In this document: one piece after another, positions 38,861 to 53,939 of the stretch
How the letters are laid out: the number at the start of each line of letters is the position of its first letter
Position numbering within the stretch: position 1 is the first letter of the stretch
Assembly: GCF_001194135.2 (NCBI RefSeq)
Contig: NC_068991.1
Coordinates: forward strand, 15,073,173 to 15,137,172
Source: Octopus bimaculoides
Lineage: Eukaryota
Direction of reading: 5' to 3'
DNA length: 64,000 nucleotides
Notes under the pieces: model-generated
Database searches by the model: none
Told to the model about the DNA's origin: nothing
Seen by the model: only the letters and a program-made list of their open reading frames with translations
Translations under genes and position numbers: made by a program

Positions 38861-40891
38861 GCTAGGAAGTCTGCTTTGGAATCACAAGATCCTGAGTTCA
38901 ATGGTGTGCAGCATTTCTTAAAGTTTCGAGTCTACCCGAGTATTGTGTGTGGAGCTGAGTAAACAGAGGAACTGCAGAGAAACCAGTCTGATAGGCTTTA
39001 CCTGCAATGCAGAACTCTTCCAGCCTTGTCACACTATCTAAGTGATGCTGATTCTACCCAAGAACTTGGTATACGTGTCTGTGGGAATTTAGCCACATAA
39101 CATGTTATGAGTATGTAGGCGGTTTAATTGATCAAAAATAACAGCTGAATACTCCTCGTCGAAAGTGACGGAGATCCATTATTTGAAAGCAATACTTACA
39201 GAATTGTGAAACTATTAAGTCTTTCTGTTTGTTTTTTTAGTGATGAAGGACCAGGATAGATAAACAATGCCTCTATGGATCCCGTAGTGATGCGGGAGGA
39301 GAAAAAAGTGGGGGAGAAAAGATAATCTTTGAAGTATCAAAATACGAAAAAAACAAAAAAAACACTAATGACATTGATCGCCTACGATCTGTATTTTTAT
39401 AAATAAATGTTCTTAATTTAACATTCAAATCATTATTTTCTTGGTATATTAATTGTGTGAATTAGATAATTTTTTCACATGTGCTTTTTGTTAACAATAA
39501 CTCCCACGTTGGTTTTTCAGTTTAAAGAATTCACATATCCCCTGATGATCACTCACATGTCTTATTTTTCTTCAGGTTTTTGTTGCACTTTTATATAGGA
39601 CAGAGTAACACCACCAAAGCAACTTGTCAAAAATAAGGTGGAGGAATAAAGATTTTCAGCAATAAAACAAAATTCATTCTGATGTTAGTTTTACAACGCT
39701 TCCAGCACGAGTTATGTTTTCTTGAATTTCATTTTTAGAAGACGGGAATCAAACCAAATTTCTGACAAATTACACAAGAAAGGTATGGATTAAGGTATAA
39801 GAATCAAAATCCTCATGACACTTCCACCCCCATATTCATGTCTAGAGTACATAAGTCCTCTGATTTGCAAGTGGATTTGTGGATTTCCTTTAAAACAACT
39901 AAAACAGAAAATTCATTTAAACATTCTTTCGACATTCACAACGCCTTAACCAAGACTAACCTCTTTATATATATATATATATATATATACACAAACACCC
40001 ATTATGTGTGTGCGTGTATAACACACACACATACAGACGTATATACTTTAAAATGCCTACATAAACACAAGCCACACATGCACGCACGCGCATTTTATAG
40101 ACATAACTGAAGGCGGGTGGAAGGAGATAGGTGTTTAGACGGAAGGGGGAGAAGGAAGAAGAAAAGGTAGAAGGCGGGTGTTGCGACGGAATGAAGGCAA
40201 AACAGAATAGTGGAATGATGAGGATTTACGGAATGAAGTCAATCACCAACGACGGAATGAAAATGGACATAATGTCGGAAAAGAAGAGAGAGAATGAGAT
40301 TAAACTGCTAGAAAATAAAATGACGATTATGGAATGAAGAACAGCCCGAAAGGGACACACAGTATTAGAAATCCATTAATGACATAAAATAAGGAAAAAT
40401 AAAAAATATCGGAAATAATAGAATCATATACATAAACACACACAGCCTTGTGTTGACTTCAGATTACGAAGCCAAAATGCAAATCCTTTCTAATGTGCAA
40501 ATTTTTATTTAATATTCCAATTTTGTTAATATGCCAAAATATTTCAGATCATTTTAATGGTTTGAAAAAAAAAAAAAATTTTTTTAATTTAGGTTCTTTT
40601 TGAACCGAAAACCTTAGACCTAGTATTTGACTGAGGAAGCCCTATATTCCGCAAACTCCTTCCTGTCTGTCTATAAGCAATTTACAAGTCAAAATCTTTG
40701 CAAGAATTTTTAATGGTTCAAAAATGACAAAATAAATACCTAAATAATACGAATTTATAATTTTAGCTTACATAATCAAAGCTGAAATTGGACTTTTGAA
40801 CCAGGTGTCCTATATATATATGCGAGTAAAAATAAATACAAAAAAGGTGGTTTCTTTGTATGATTGTGTATAGAGGAATATATTATTTTGT

Positions 40892-41145
40892 TTAAAAGAG
40901 TTCCAACACTGTCTGTTTTTTTATGTTTTTTTTATATTCCTGCAGAACCAATTTATATATTTGATCCTTTATATTGAACACTCAATATTTCATCTACATT
41001 CAATACTTTCTTTCATGGTGCCATCCATTTTTATTTTATTTTATTTTATATTATATATTGTATATTCCATATTCTATACCCCACATTGGTTCTGCAGGAA
41101 TATAAATAAAACATAAAAAAACAGACAGTGTTGGAACTCTTTTAA
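40892..41145. mobile_element. TTAA-flanked MITE with ~60-bp terminal inverted repeats
   Basis: TTAA|AAGAGTTCCAACACTGTCTG...CAGAACCAAT (40892-40952) and its reverse complement (41085-41145), which abuts a gap. Confidence 0.78.
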
Positions 41146-42138
41146 NNNNNNNNNNNNNNNNNNNNNNNNNNNNNNNNNNNNNNNNNNNNNNNNNNNNNNN
41201 NNNNNNNNNNNNNNNNNNNNNNNNNNNNNNNNNNNNNNNNNNNNNNNNNNNNNNNNNNNNNNNNNNNNNNNNNNNNNNNNNNNNNNNNNNNNNNNNNNNN
41301 NNNNNNNNNNNNNNNNNNNNNNNNNNNNNNNNNNNNNNNNNNNNNNNNNNNNNNNNNNNNNNNNNNNNNNNNNNNNNNNNNNNNNNNNNNNNNNNNNNNN
41401 NNNNNNNNNNNNNNNNNNNNNNNNNNNNNNNNNNNNNNNNNNNNNNNNNNNNNNNNNNNNNNNNNNNNNNNNNNNNNNNNNNNNNNNNNNNNNNNNNNNN
41501 NNNNNNNNNNNNNNNNNNNNNNNNNNNNNNNNNNNNNNNNNNNNNNNNNNNNNNNNNNNNNNNNNNNNNNNNNNNNNNNNNNNNNNNNNNNNNNNNNNNN
41601 NNNNNNNNNNNNNNNNNNNNNNNNNNNNNNNNNNNNNNNNNNNNNNNNNNNNNNNNNNNNNNNNNNNNNNNNNNNNNNNNNNNNNNNNNNNNNNNNNNNN
41701 NNNNNNNNNNNNNNNNNNNNNNNNNNNNNNNNNNNNNNNNNNNNNNNNNNNNNNNNNNNNNNNNNNNNNNNNNNNNNNNNNNNNNNNNNNNNNNNNNNNN
41801 NNNNNNNNNNNNNNNNNNNNNNNNNNNNNNNNNNNNNNNNNNNNNNNNNNNNNNNNNNNNNNNNNNNNNNNNNNNNNNNNNNNNNNNNNNNNNNNNNNNN
41901 NNNNNNNNNNNNNNNNNNNNNNNNNNNNNNNNNNNNNNNNNNNNNNNNNNNNNNNNNNNNNNNNNNNNNNNNNNNNNNNNNNNNNNNNNNNNNNNNNNNN
42001 NNNNNNNNNNNNNNNNNNNNNNNNNNNNNNNNNNNNNNNNNNNNNNNNNNNNNNNNNNNNNNNNNNNNNNNNNNNNNNNNNNNNNNNNNNNNNNNNNNNN
42101 NNNNNNNNNNNNNNNNNNNNNNNNNNNNNNNNNNNNNN

Positions 42139-42188
<50 letters not shown>

Positions 42189-43845
42189 CCACACAAACTC
42201 ACATGTGCGTGCGTGTGTAGATAAACACAGAGAAACGTGGATGCATTAATTCGTTGTCATAAAATACAAACACTTTTATAGAAAGACACAGAAGTCCTAT
42301 TTCCAAAACAAAAAAAAATTTTAGACTCAAGCACAAAAATCAGAAAAATCCTCTTGACACAGTAAATGAAAGCGAAAAACAAAAAAATGGGAGTGCATAT
42401 TGTTTACATACATGCGCGCACACACACACCACACATTCTATGTATGTATGTACTTGTGTATAAATTGATATGTATGTGTGTGTGGGTGCGTGTGCATGCA
42501 TACGCGCGTGAACGTTTTTTCCCACCAAACATACACAAAATCACAAAGGACGGCCACTTGATTAACTTCGACGATCGACACAAGGCTGCAAATATTTATG
42601 GAGGTCGGCGAATTCGAAGCAAAACCAGTCGATCGCTTCAAATGACCATATTTACTATTAACCTCAAGTTACACACGATGACATTCATTCGACCATAGCG
42701 TGGCGTGTCTGTGTGTGCGTGCATGTGTATGGCTAACATCAGCAGCGATGACTTCGTTAAATGAATGCTCAGAGGTAGTTTTCGGTAGTTAAAATGGCTA
42801 TGCAAGCTACACAAGAACAAACCAAATATACAGACCACTGATAGAAAGACATAAAAAAAAAAATTGACACAAACAGATACCCACCATCTGTGTCAGTTTA
42901 AAAATTCTGTGGAGGTATTTCGGCGGAATTCTGGTGGAATGTTCAGAAAATGTTTGCGAATTTTCTGTTCGACGCACAGGGATTCATGCGATTAAGCAAA
43001 ACAATTATTTTCAATTTTTTTTTTATATATAATTCTCTCCTCCATTCCGATAAATCCTAAAATTTCCCCTCTTTTTCGATTTTTTAAGAGTTTAAAACGC
43101 GGACAACACGATTTTTTTGTTGTTGTTTTTTTTTTGCTCAAATCCCAGCAATGGATCATACCTGGGTGCATCATCAACTATTAAACGTATTTATGAAGAG
43201 AAAAATATTGAAAAACAACCAAGAGCGACGGAAATGCGAGAAAGGTGTCAGGTGGTCGCGGGATGTGGTAAAAACAGCTAAATTGCCCTTAAATCACACA
43301 CAATTTTTCTTTTATTTTTTTTTGCATAATCGTATGAATTCCCGCGTGTAGAACACAAATTTGCAAAACTTCTCTGAAAATTCCAAAAAATAAAATACAA
43401 ATTGAGGGGTTATTATATAGGATGCTTAAACCAGAATCCCCCGTTATTTCTTCTAATACACACAAACGTGTTTTGTGTGTGTGATGTGTGTGCTCTCTCA
43501 CACACAGACAGCGTGAAAGATGTTATTTACGGCTGTCAAGAAGACCCTAGGAAGAAAAAAAAATATCCTCAAATAAGAAGACTTGGTCCTTAATTTGGCA
43601 GAACGGACACCAGCAAATAGCATTCTAAGAACAACCGATAGTATTAAACTGTGCGACGGATTAATAGACAACGGCGAGGTTTGAAACTCAATAACATAAA
43701 TAGTCGTTCAATGACTCGAGCAATCCCTCAGAGTCGCATATTTCTTGACCCAGGAAGAATGAAAGGCAAAACTGGATTCAGTACGACTTGAACACTGAAC
43801 TGGAGAAAACAGTCGAAAGGATTTTGTAGACGTTTAGATGTAGAC

Positions 43846-43998
43846 CGGTGGTTCCCAACATATGGTCCGCAAAGGCAGTAAGTGGGATTCCATGAACTAA
43901 ATTCACTGACAGACCTTTCAAGATACCGGGGTCCGTGGGAAAACTCATTTACAAAAAGGGGTGGAGGGCCTTGGTAGTGAAAAGGTTGGAAACCACTG
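43846..43998 (+). mobile_element. Short hAT-type MITE
   Basis: Termini CGGTGGTTCCCAAC / GGTTGGAAACCACTG; flanks ATGTAGAC and TTGTGGAC (6/8 match). Confidence 0.7.
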
Positions 43999-46900
43999 TT
44001 GTGGACAATTCTCACTTCGCCACCGATATAGCAGTTATGTCCCTTTGCCTTATGAAACGCCTGCAGCTGTCAATTTTTGCTTTTATACATGCACGTGTGT
44101 GTATGTATATATATATATATATATATATACACAAACATTCACACAGAATATTATATTACACAGTATACATACATACACACAGCATACATACATATTATAT
44201 ACACATACACACAGTATACATACATATATATTAAATACACATACACACTTTTGTGGGGGCGTGTACAGTCCCTTTGCTACCCCGAGCCGACTAAAGTCTT
44301 GAATAGTTTTGGTAGACAAACACTTAAAGCCCGTCGTATACGTGTGATTGAGCATGTGTACACGCATGTTTGCCCCCCACCCCCACCCTCAACGGCTTGA
44401 CATTCAGTGTTGGTTTGTTTACGTCAACCTACCAAAGCGATTCAGCAAAATTTACTTGATAGAATAAGCATCAGAGTTTAAAAACAAAAATTACCAGAAC
44501 CGAAACGCCACTGGAAAGTGGGTTAAAAATCAAAACTAGCACCAGCGGTATTTGAACCCCCAGCACGACGGTCACAATAAACGTTTTTTGACCGTACTTC
44601 TACGGATTCTGTCATTACCATCAATACCACTGCCACCAAACGTGGTCATAAAACAACCTGAATTCAACTTATCTAAATCCAGTGATGTGTTATTATTAAT
44701 GTCCGTCTCTACCATTATATACTGGGAGCAAATAACGTGAATGTCGCATTGGTACAAGGCCACAAATTCATGAACGATGTAGTGAGAGGAGAACGACAGA
44801 GGTATACAAGAGAGTTAACTGGACGACTACTAAAAATAATTTCGGTCTTCTAATTTTATTTAATGCAAGGTCAAACAATTATTCTATTAGTTCATTTATG
44901 ATTACCCACCTCCGCCTCAAGTGCGGAGAGCGGGATGAGCATTAACACCCATGCAATCTATCGAAAGTATATGACAAACAACAGATGGTGCCTAAAACGC
45001 GGTGCATCAATCGACCAGCTAGAAACAACAGCCAAGCATCCAATAACACACACTCAATAAAGACAGTGCATAATGAAATACGAGTGAATGTGTGTGTGTG
45101 TATTACACACACACACAGAGGAGTGAGCGAACAAACGAAAGTGGCACTCCAGGCATTTTGTAAGAGTAACATTATTTAATAACAGTTTGACTCAGCTCCA
45201 TATGACTTCTCTAGTTATCTGAGATGGGTTCGTTTGTTCTATGATGCCACAGAGTCACACACACACACACACACAGAGGCCACGGCAGCGTGAATGCCTT
45301 TGTCAAGTCCGTTTAATCAGTGCAAATCCGGTGCCAAAAAAACTAAACAATATACAAGAAAGGTAATTATTTTTGGTGTTATTTCATCGAACCAAAGCTG
45401 GAAAGGCCAAGTTTAACCCTCAACGAAATTTGAACTCGGGTCTTAAAGGGAGGTAATCAAGATATATTTCCGTCTCGATCATTCCAGCGCTTAATTAATA
45501 ACAATTATCGTATTATCGGTTCCAGCCAGAGGTCGTGGCCATGCTGGGGCACCACCATTCATTTTTTTTTTTTAAGGCACGAAACTTAAAAATTTTTTTT
45601 TTCTTTACTGTATGGGATATTATACTCGACTCATATTTCACTAACTCCCCCCCCCCAAAAAAAAATGAAAATTAAATTCGACTGTCGATGGGATTGATCT
45701 CTCAACGATTAGAACTCATAACAGCAGTAGTAGTAGTAGTAGATTCGAATGCAGCACAAGGTTTGGCATTTGCAAAGCCGTAGGCGTGCGTAAATCGACG
45801 GAATCGAACACCTAAGTGTGTTACTGGTACATGACATTTCATGATCAACAAAAAGATTGAAGAAGAAAAGTCGACCAAAGGCAGGTTTCAACACCGATTC
45901 ATATCTCATTAGTTTTACTAAACGAACAGCAATATTACTAATAATGTTTCGTCTAAGCACAAAAATTCAGTATACGAGGGGAGATGGAGCTCAGAGATAA
46001 AAGGCACAAGTTAGATTGAATTGATTTCATTTAGATTTGTTTTGCTTTTACTCTATTGACCCATGAAGTTAAAAGGATCGATTTCACTGGAGATGAAGAA
46101 ACACCAAGAAACAAAAAATTATGCTGAATGACTACAGTACCACACATATTAGATTAGATATGTGTGTGTGTGTCTAGACATACATACCTACATAAATGTA
46201 CCCTCCCGTAACTTACAGGATTTTTTTTTAATTTAATTTACTACAAAACACCTTTCCGATATAAATATTCATTTCTCTGTAAGTTATGAAGAAACAAAGT
46301 CGGAGTGGACACTTGTGTAGGAATAAATAAATAAATAAATAAATAGACAGAGAGTAGAGAGCACCTGCGTTTGGTGTCCGCCTCCACATCCCCCAAATTG
46401 TTCCCTCTTAACTTTCGGATAAACGCGTATTTTTTTCTTTATAGTATTTAGCATATATGTTTTCGAGAGTAGGTTACTATTATGCTGATAAAATATATAA
46501 AAAGAAAAATATATATTTGGCGGGAGGGGGAGTTTCGAATCAATCTTCATTGAAGTAATAACCTACTTGGTGACCATGAATTTCTGTAGCTTTAAATTTT
46601 CACCTTTTTTCCCCCTCTCCTTTCTACTTATATTTGAAACTTCAGCATTACGTAATCTACACTTTCGAAAACGTAATTCTGCAAAATTTCAGTTGAGGAA
46701 ATAAGCATTTTAAATACAGAAAAGTCGAAAAGAATGAGGAACAGAAAGATTCGTAAAGCCTTAAAAATAAATATATAAATAAAACTTTCATGAAAGCAAG
46801 TAGAAAAAAAAGGACCAAACCGTAATTATGGTGTGTTTAAGTTAAATTATAGCAATTAACATTAAACTGAAGGATAACAGACGAATTTTTAGTCGAGTAA

Positions 46901-48772
46901 GCCGTGACTTAGAAGTCACTATCAACTTTTCCTTTCAAGGATTTAAACACACACACTAGTGTAAAATATATATATTTTATATATATATATATATATACAC
47001 ACATGCCTACACACACATTTTAATTCGATGGCATCTGAATGCACGTGGCGCGGAAAGTAACGACACAGTAAAATCAAACTGCCTTCTGTATGTATCATGT
47101 ATTGAGTACACACACCCCTCACTTTTGTTCGTAAACAAACACGTGTGTGTGAGAGAGAGAGAGAGAAAGAATAATGGAATTATAACGATTTAATTATATA
47201 TTAAACATCATAAGTATTCCTAGGAAGATAACTGACAGCTAACAAAACGGTTAAGTATCAACCTATTTTTCCATGTAAAAACAAATTTGAAATTCTACTG
47301 AAATGTACAGGGAACACACAAAAGTTTCGTGGAAAGCGATTCGATAAATAAGTCGAAATTAATCACATTGTGCTAGATGGAAAATTAAACATCACTACAA
47401 AGAACACAAAACAATAATCGTAGGCACAAAGAAAGAAAAGGGTACATAAGCCAATAAAATTTATCGACCCCCACCATCCTAGGTATGAAATGCTACCACT
47501 GCCTATAACTGGCATGTGCGGACTGCTACTTAATGCCTATAACGAAAAGGCGGCCAAACTGAGTTCAGCGCGACTTTGGTATAGAGGTTAAGGCCACACA
47601 GTGTAGAAAATATATACAAGAGTTGGAGCACGACGGGTTGGAGGTAAAGCTGACATGCAAAACGATTCGACTGTAAAATTTAAAATAAAATAATAATAGG
47701 ATATAACAACAAATGAAATAAAATTTTGAAACCTGAATGTGTAGATTGCTTTCTTTCCTTGTTTGTTTTCCTTCTAATTATGTGCACATCAACAATGCTT
47801 TTTTTTTTTATATAAGAAGACCCCCGCCGTGTGTCTGTGAGTGAAATTGAAGAGTTTCCAAAGGAAAGGTGCAAAGTAAAATCATAGGAAAAAACGATCG
47901 AGATTTACGTATTCACGTGTGTGTGTGTATAATATTTATATATATATATATATATACACGTATGTGGGTATGCATGCATCTTGTGAATGACGCGGTAGGC
48001 GGGAGGTTAAATTAACTAGTACAAAAGAAGAAGGACAACAACAAAAATCAACGCGAAGCAAACGCAACTGAAACAGAAAAACATGGAGGAAACGAAAAGT
48101 GGACGTAAGTGGTTAGTTAAGAGTGAAATTTAGCTACTACAAATGCCGATACATGCGTTTACACGAGCATTTACAATGTTTCACTCTAACTACCCTATAC
48201 TTATATAGTAGATTTTGCGTGTGTGTGTGTGTGTGTACACATGCATGCATATACACACACCCTCTGCATATAACCTTAATTCGATTCATAAACTAAGAAT
48301 AGTTGTGCAATGCAACACAATAAACGAACTAATAGAAAGAATCACACATTGATGATGATGATGGAGGGAATGCGTTTATTTGATGTTTCCAGGTGGAAAA
48401 TAAAGTTGAGTATTGACTTTCCGCCAGTGTTAGGTATACATTAGATAACACTGGTGTGTGTGAAAGAAAATTCATCAAGGTGTGAGACGACAGAGTTCCC
48501 GATTCGACATCACACTTGCACTTCTTATTCAATCACTTCTGGTAGACAGACTATTTTATTATAATTTCATAAATGTATGTATGTATGTGCATATATACGC
48601 ACACAGAGACGCGCGCGTGCACACACACACACAAATCATTCATGATCATTGTTTTAACATCCACTTATCCATCTTTACTTTGGATCAGACAGACATACAC
48701 GCACACAAAAAAAAAACTGATATAGTCGTGATATATTTATTGAACATGTGTAACATTCTTACAAGTGCACAA

Positions 48773-48813
<41 letters not shown>

Positions 48814-48899
48814 GCTCTTTTATAAATTAGACTTCCAGCATAGGTACTTTGCGCATTAGATACATTATAGACACTTTTGTGTGTAAGCACAGAGATATC

Positions 48900-50066
48900 A
48901 AAATAAGTATTATGTATCCGTAATTTTTCAATATAGTCCTTGCTTGTTTCAACTTCAAGGGAAAATAACGTTTCCAGTTTGGGGCATGAACCACATTTAT
49001 GCACCCCCTTCTTTCGCTTCTTGGCCCGTAGCAAATCTATTTATCTCTTAAGGTTTCTTTCACCGAGGCAATCAAACAGGTGACAGTGAGAGGGAGCAAG
49101 GTCAGAAGTATGTCGACGATCTTCCAGTACCTCAAATTTCAGTTTCAGAATAACAGTCGTATAAGAACGGGCCATTATGTTGTAAACAACACAAATATCT
49201 TTCAAGAGAACTTCTGCGTGTTTTGCTTCGAAATGCAAGACAGAACTTGTCATGTAACATCTTGCTATAGTGAGCACGGTTTACAGCTGAGCTTTCTCTC
49301 TTGGTTAATACTTCAGTATTGGTCTTCGCTAATCCAAAAATACTATCTGCATCGATTTTCATACTTCGGCTGGCAATAAGGTATCCAGGTTAAAAATCCT
49401 AAGTGACGATCCCCCGCCCCCACCAAAAAAAAAGATTCAAAAGACCTTGGTAGATTTCAAATGATTTTTGTTAGTGCAATTTCGTTTGTTGTTCCGAAGA
49501 TCCATCATGCACAAAACTATATCAATGTCAAGTTCAATGTTGTGAACAATTTTCATGGTAGAACCAAGGTTAATTTGCATATAACGAAATATACCACCAA
49601 TCAATAGTCAGGTATCCATTCAACATAATCAGGTCACTGACTCTTTCAGCGTTGTCATCAGTACAAGACAAGTCATGCATACAGCTCCTTTTTCTGATCC
49701 GCGACACTTGAGCGACCATTTTTGGAATTTTCAATCCATTTGTAGAACCCGTTATGACAAAATACTATTTCCATATCGTGCTAGAATCCTTCGATCGATT
49801 TCGGTTACTAATACACATTAAGCCCACAGAAAATGGGTCACAGAAAGCTTACGCTTCTTTGAGAAAAAAAAAAAACAGAAAAGAAAAAGAAGTGGCAATG
49901 GTTGAACGTAATAACTACAACACCATTACTGACGTTTCAAGTTCAAACCTGTACAATAATGACAAGAGGGGAAACCACAAATAGTGATGCGCGCGCAACA
50001 ACTTTTCCCGCTAATAGGGAAAACAATTTTAAGTGCATTGGGGATAATGAATGACTCACCTTCGTA
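48900..50066 (-). mobile_element. Near-full-length decayed mariner element, different family from the 20-kb copy
   Basis: 5' terminus TACGAAGGTGAGTCATTCATTATCC (50066-50042). Frameshifted transposase: RRILARYGNSIL, FYKWIENSKNGRSSV...DDNAERV, NRAHYSKML.DK, LKFEVLE...SDLAPS.CHLF. The left terminus is not clear. Confidence 0.8.
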
Positions 50067-50853
50067 CGTACGTACGTACCTATTACATACGTGCATGTAA
50101 AGGTGTCAATTTTTTGTGGTATTCTAAGGCTAAGTAAAGACCTCAATAAATTTCAATGTCTGTCTTCAGGATGGCTAAACATACACGTAGGCAGCGATGT
50201 TAATAAGTGTATGTATGTATGTATGTGTGTGTGCATAGATTTATATTTCTAATTTGCTAAGTAAAAGATAAACATTTTGTGTAGACGTATGAGGGTGTGT
50301 GTAAATGTGTGTATTGCTATAATACGATATGTGCAAACATAGAGAGAGTGTGTGTACAAACACACAGCTGATGTTGGACAGGCAACCAGCCTGAGTACAG
50401 AGATAGCCAGCCAGCCAGCCAGCCAGCAGAAACATGTGCCATCATCAAGGACTCGCCTGCCTCTTTGCATCGGTATGCATTCATTTATGGCGACGACATG
50501 GACAGCCATGTTCCAAGATTGGGAGAGGGTGGGGGACACCCGTCAGACATCGGGGTGGCTACAAGACTTCATGTGAAGAGGAAATTTTCAAACAGCATAA
50601 CAAAAAGAAAAATAACTATATACCCATTATATGCAATATATATGCTTATGAATGTATCTATACATAAGTATCTCCATAAATATATGCATATCTATAATTA
50701 TATACATAAATATACACACATATCAATAAATATATATATATATATATATATACATCCATATGCACAAATATTTCGAATTTGCTAAATAGATGATTCTTAA
50801 GAGTGACTAGATTCATATAAACACATCTCAGAACACGTACACGCATATATTTC

Positions 50854-50888
<35 letters not shown>

Positions 50889-51071
50889 CAAACATATTTA
50901 TATAGATTTTTTGGCAAGGATTTCAAAAGAACAATGAATAACAAAATATTATGAAAAACAAAACTTGTTTGAAGACTTAATAGGAAATTTAGGAACACGA
51001 ACGCAAAAATAGTTTCATATGAAAAAGCATTTTAATCTTAACAAGAACGACAGGGTGTGTGTATGTGTGTG

Positions 51072-51104
<33 letters not shown>

Positions 51105-51879
51105 GCAAGACAGACAGACATCACCTAGATAAGGTGTCTGTTAGTCAATGTTGTTTGCAAAAGTGTAATTTTAGGTGCAGGAGGGGGCGAAATCATGAAA
51201 ACTGAGACCACATCATCCATTACAAAATGTCAGTAAATTGATTTTGACCTTTTTTTTTCTTTTTCTACTTTTTTGATGTGTGTTAAGGTGGATATCGGGG
51301 ATCATTTAGAAACTATTTTGTCTTCTCTGCAGAAAAAGTAAAGTGCTTTTGAAGATGATACTTAACCCCCCAGATCAAGCACAATCGAACAGGCTCAGCA
51401 ATATCAAAGACGTTCCTGAAATGACCATTGCATTGATCTATCAAACCTTAAGAACCATTGCAGCTACCCTTCCGTTTTTTTTAAATCAGACAATACTTAT
51501 AACAAAGACTACATTATTTAATGTTCTTCAGTCTTTTTGTTTTGTGAAGGAAACGATCGGATGGTTAGCTGCGCTCTCTAGTAGATCGAACGCCACGAAA
51601 AGGCCTTCTGGTTGATCTAAATAATTTTTGTTTGCTGATGTTCTTGTAGCCTCTCTCCCAACAATTTACAAGAGACTATAAGACATAAGAACCTATAACT
51701 CAACGTGAAAAAACGAAAGACGCCGATGTATACACACTTGAATTTATGTGTGTCTATGGCGTACAGTCAATATTAACATGGATATATCTCACAGAAAATG
51801 TAAAGGACAATAATGTGTTCTTATTAAGATGACGGGTGTATACATGATCGTTAGCAAAATCCCCCGGAAGAATGGGAGA

Positions 51880-52010
51880 GAGAAGTGTTCTGATACCGGC
51901 GGGAATCGAACTCGGGTTTGCAAAGGGACGTAACTGACTACTAAGATGTCAAAAACGTGATATCAGACGCTCTACCGATTCTGCCACCCAGCCATCGACC
52001 TTGTGAAAAC
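51880..52010 (-). mobile_element. tRNA-like SINE head (family 4), not a tRNA gene
   Basis: A-box TGGCAGAATCGG and B-box GAGTTCGATTCCC are too far apart for a cloverleaf. Related fragments at ~31040-31230, ~34440-34630 and ~37380-37580. Confidence 0.6.
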
Positions 52011-52376
52011 AAATGTTCATTTCTTTTATTTGCACCAAGAGAACAAGAAAAATAGAATTTGACATTTACAAAACAAACAATAATATTTAAGTTAATAGAT
52101 ATTTTCGAGATTTTTAGAAACTGTTTAAATAAATTTGCTTCTTCATACACTGAAAATAGTAAATAAATCACCCTAAAATGATAAAAGCCCTAATATTAAA
52201 ATTTCAAAACAAGTAACAAAATTATATACATACGCCAAATCGTACTTTTTTTTTAATAATGGTTATAAAACAAGACAAAAGAAAAATATTTGAATGATGA
52301 TTACTCTGAAATTCGAAATAAAGAGAAAAAAAATATTTATTTTAACTGATAGCAATTTCGTTTGGGGAAAATGGCC

Positions 52377-52423
52377 TTTGCATTTTATACACACAGAGAA
52401 GCATTCACAGACAGACATAGCTC

Positions 52424-52467
<44 letters not shown>

Positions 52468-52483
52468 CTGCTTTTAAATAAAG

Positions 52484-52523
<40 letters not shown>

Positions 52524-52716
52524 GATAAGCATACAATAACATGCACTTCAGCACTGGCCAGTGCATTTTATACAGATACACACAGAGGAACATTCACAGA
52601 CAGACATAGATTTATATATATATAAGCTGCTTTTAAATATATATATATATATATATATACCCATTCACATAGAATATATACAGAGATAAGCATTAAAATA
52701 ACATGCACTTCAGCAC
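52377..52716. repeat. Degenerate tandem duplication built around (TA)n blocks
   Basis: CATTCACAGACAGACATAG...ATAAGCTGCTTTTAAAT...CAGAGATAAGCAT...AACATGCACTTCAGCAC occurs twice. Confidence 0.8.
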
Positions 52717-53939
52717 ATCCACATAGCAGACATACATACACACATATATACACACACACACACACACGTGTATGTGTGTGTGTTTGTAAGTATATATGTA
52801 CACATAACTATGCAATTGTTTTCCACGTCCAATGATGGAAGGTCTCACTCACTACCTGTGTGTGACCGTTATAAAAAAGCCACATTTTCTCTCAAACATT
52901 TGAATTCCACACGCATGCATCTTTATGTATTGATTGTAACACCGAGACGTTCGTTCTTGGAGGTGTTTGCGTCTAAAATAATAATAATGATGATAATTAT
53001 AACTAAAAGTCTACCTGCAAACACAGCTAGATAGATAAAAGAATTGAAATAAATTGCAAAGTAAAGCAGCAATTACTATTATTGAAAAGGTGTACATCAT
53101 CTTATCTACTAGTCAGTCAGCATCTGTGAAGTTTAATAGAAGATGAGAGAGGGCTGAGGTATTATTATTTATTTTTTTATTTACTGTGTATGTAGTAGTT
53201 CAGTGCTTTTATAAAAAAAAAAAACGTGTTTGAATGGGTGAGAGTGAACATGTTTAGGATGAAGAAAGACACTTCGCATTATTTCATACATGTATCCATT
53301 TATACATGTACTTACGTTATGTATGTATGGTAAGTGACACGAGACCTACTTTTTTTCCCCCCTTTCATGATGTATATATATATATATATATATACAGCAA
53401 GGCCAATCTATCTAATAAACCACACACCACTCTATTCAAAAAAAAAAAATCTAAACCACACCTCAAAAAGCCATCATCGAACCCCCCAACACACACACAC
53501 ATACCGCTAACAGAGCTTATCAAAGAGGCAAACCAGACAATGCCAAGCATATCCACAACTGCATATCACCACATGCGAACCCGCCCCTCTCCCCGTCAAA
53601 CGCAGAGGACTCAAAACTGCATTATCGCTACTCACTCGGGCCAGGAAAACCAAAACCACCATCAACTATCATCACTATATATGAAACCCCCCTACACACA
53701 CACACACATACAATCGCCATTGCAATCATCACACCACACTACAGCATGCCCACCTTATTATATCTAACCGCCATATACTAGCCGAAAATCTACATCGGAT
53801 TCATCATTCCCATCCACAGAACATCGCCATTATTCATTCAATGAACACAATAACAAGCTAAAGTGAGCTAGCACCACATTCACCATTAATCACACCTCAC
53901 TACATCCAAATATATAAAAATACCAAACAGCTACCATTG

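Noticed and set aside
39191-39290. Minus-strand donor TCT|GTAAGT at the left edge of the CpG zone as an alternative first exon
   Set aside because: A consensus hexamer alone is expected by chance in a 42-kb intron, and there is no ORF or other support.
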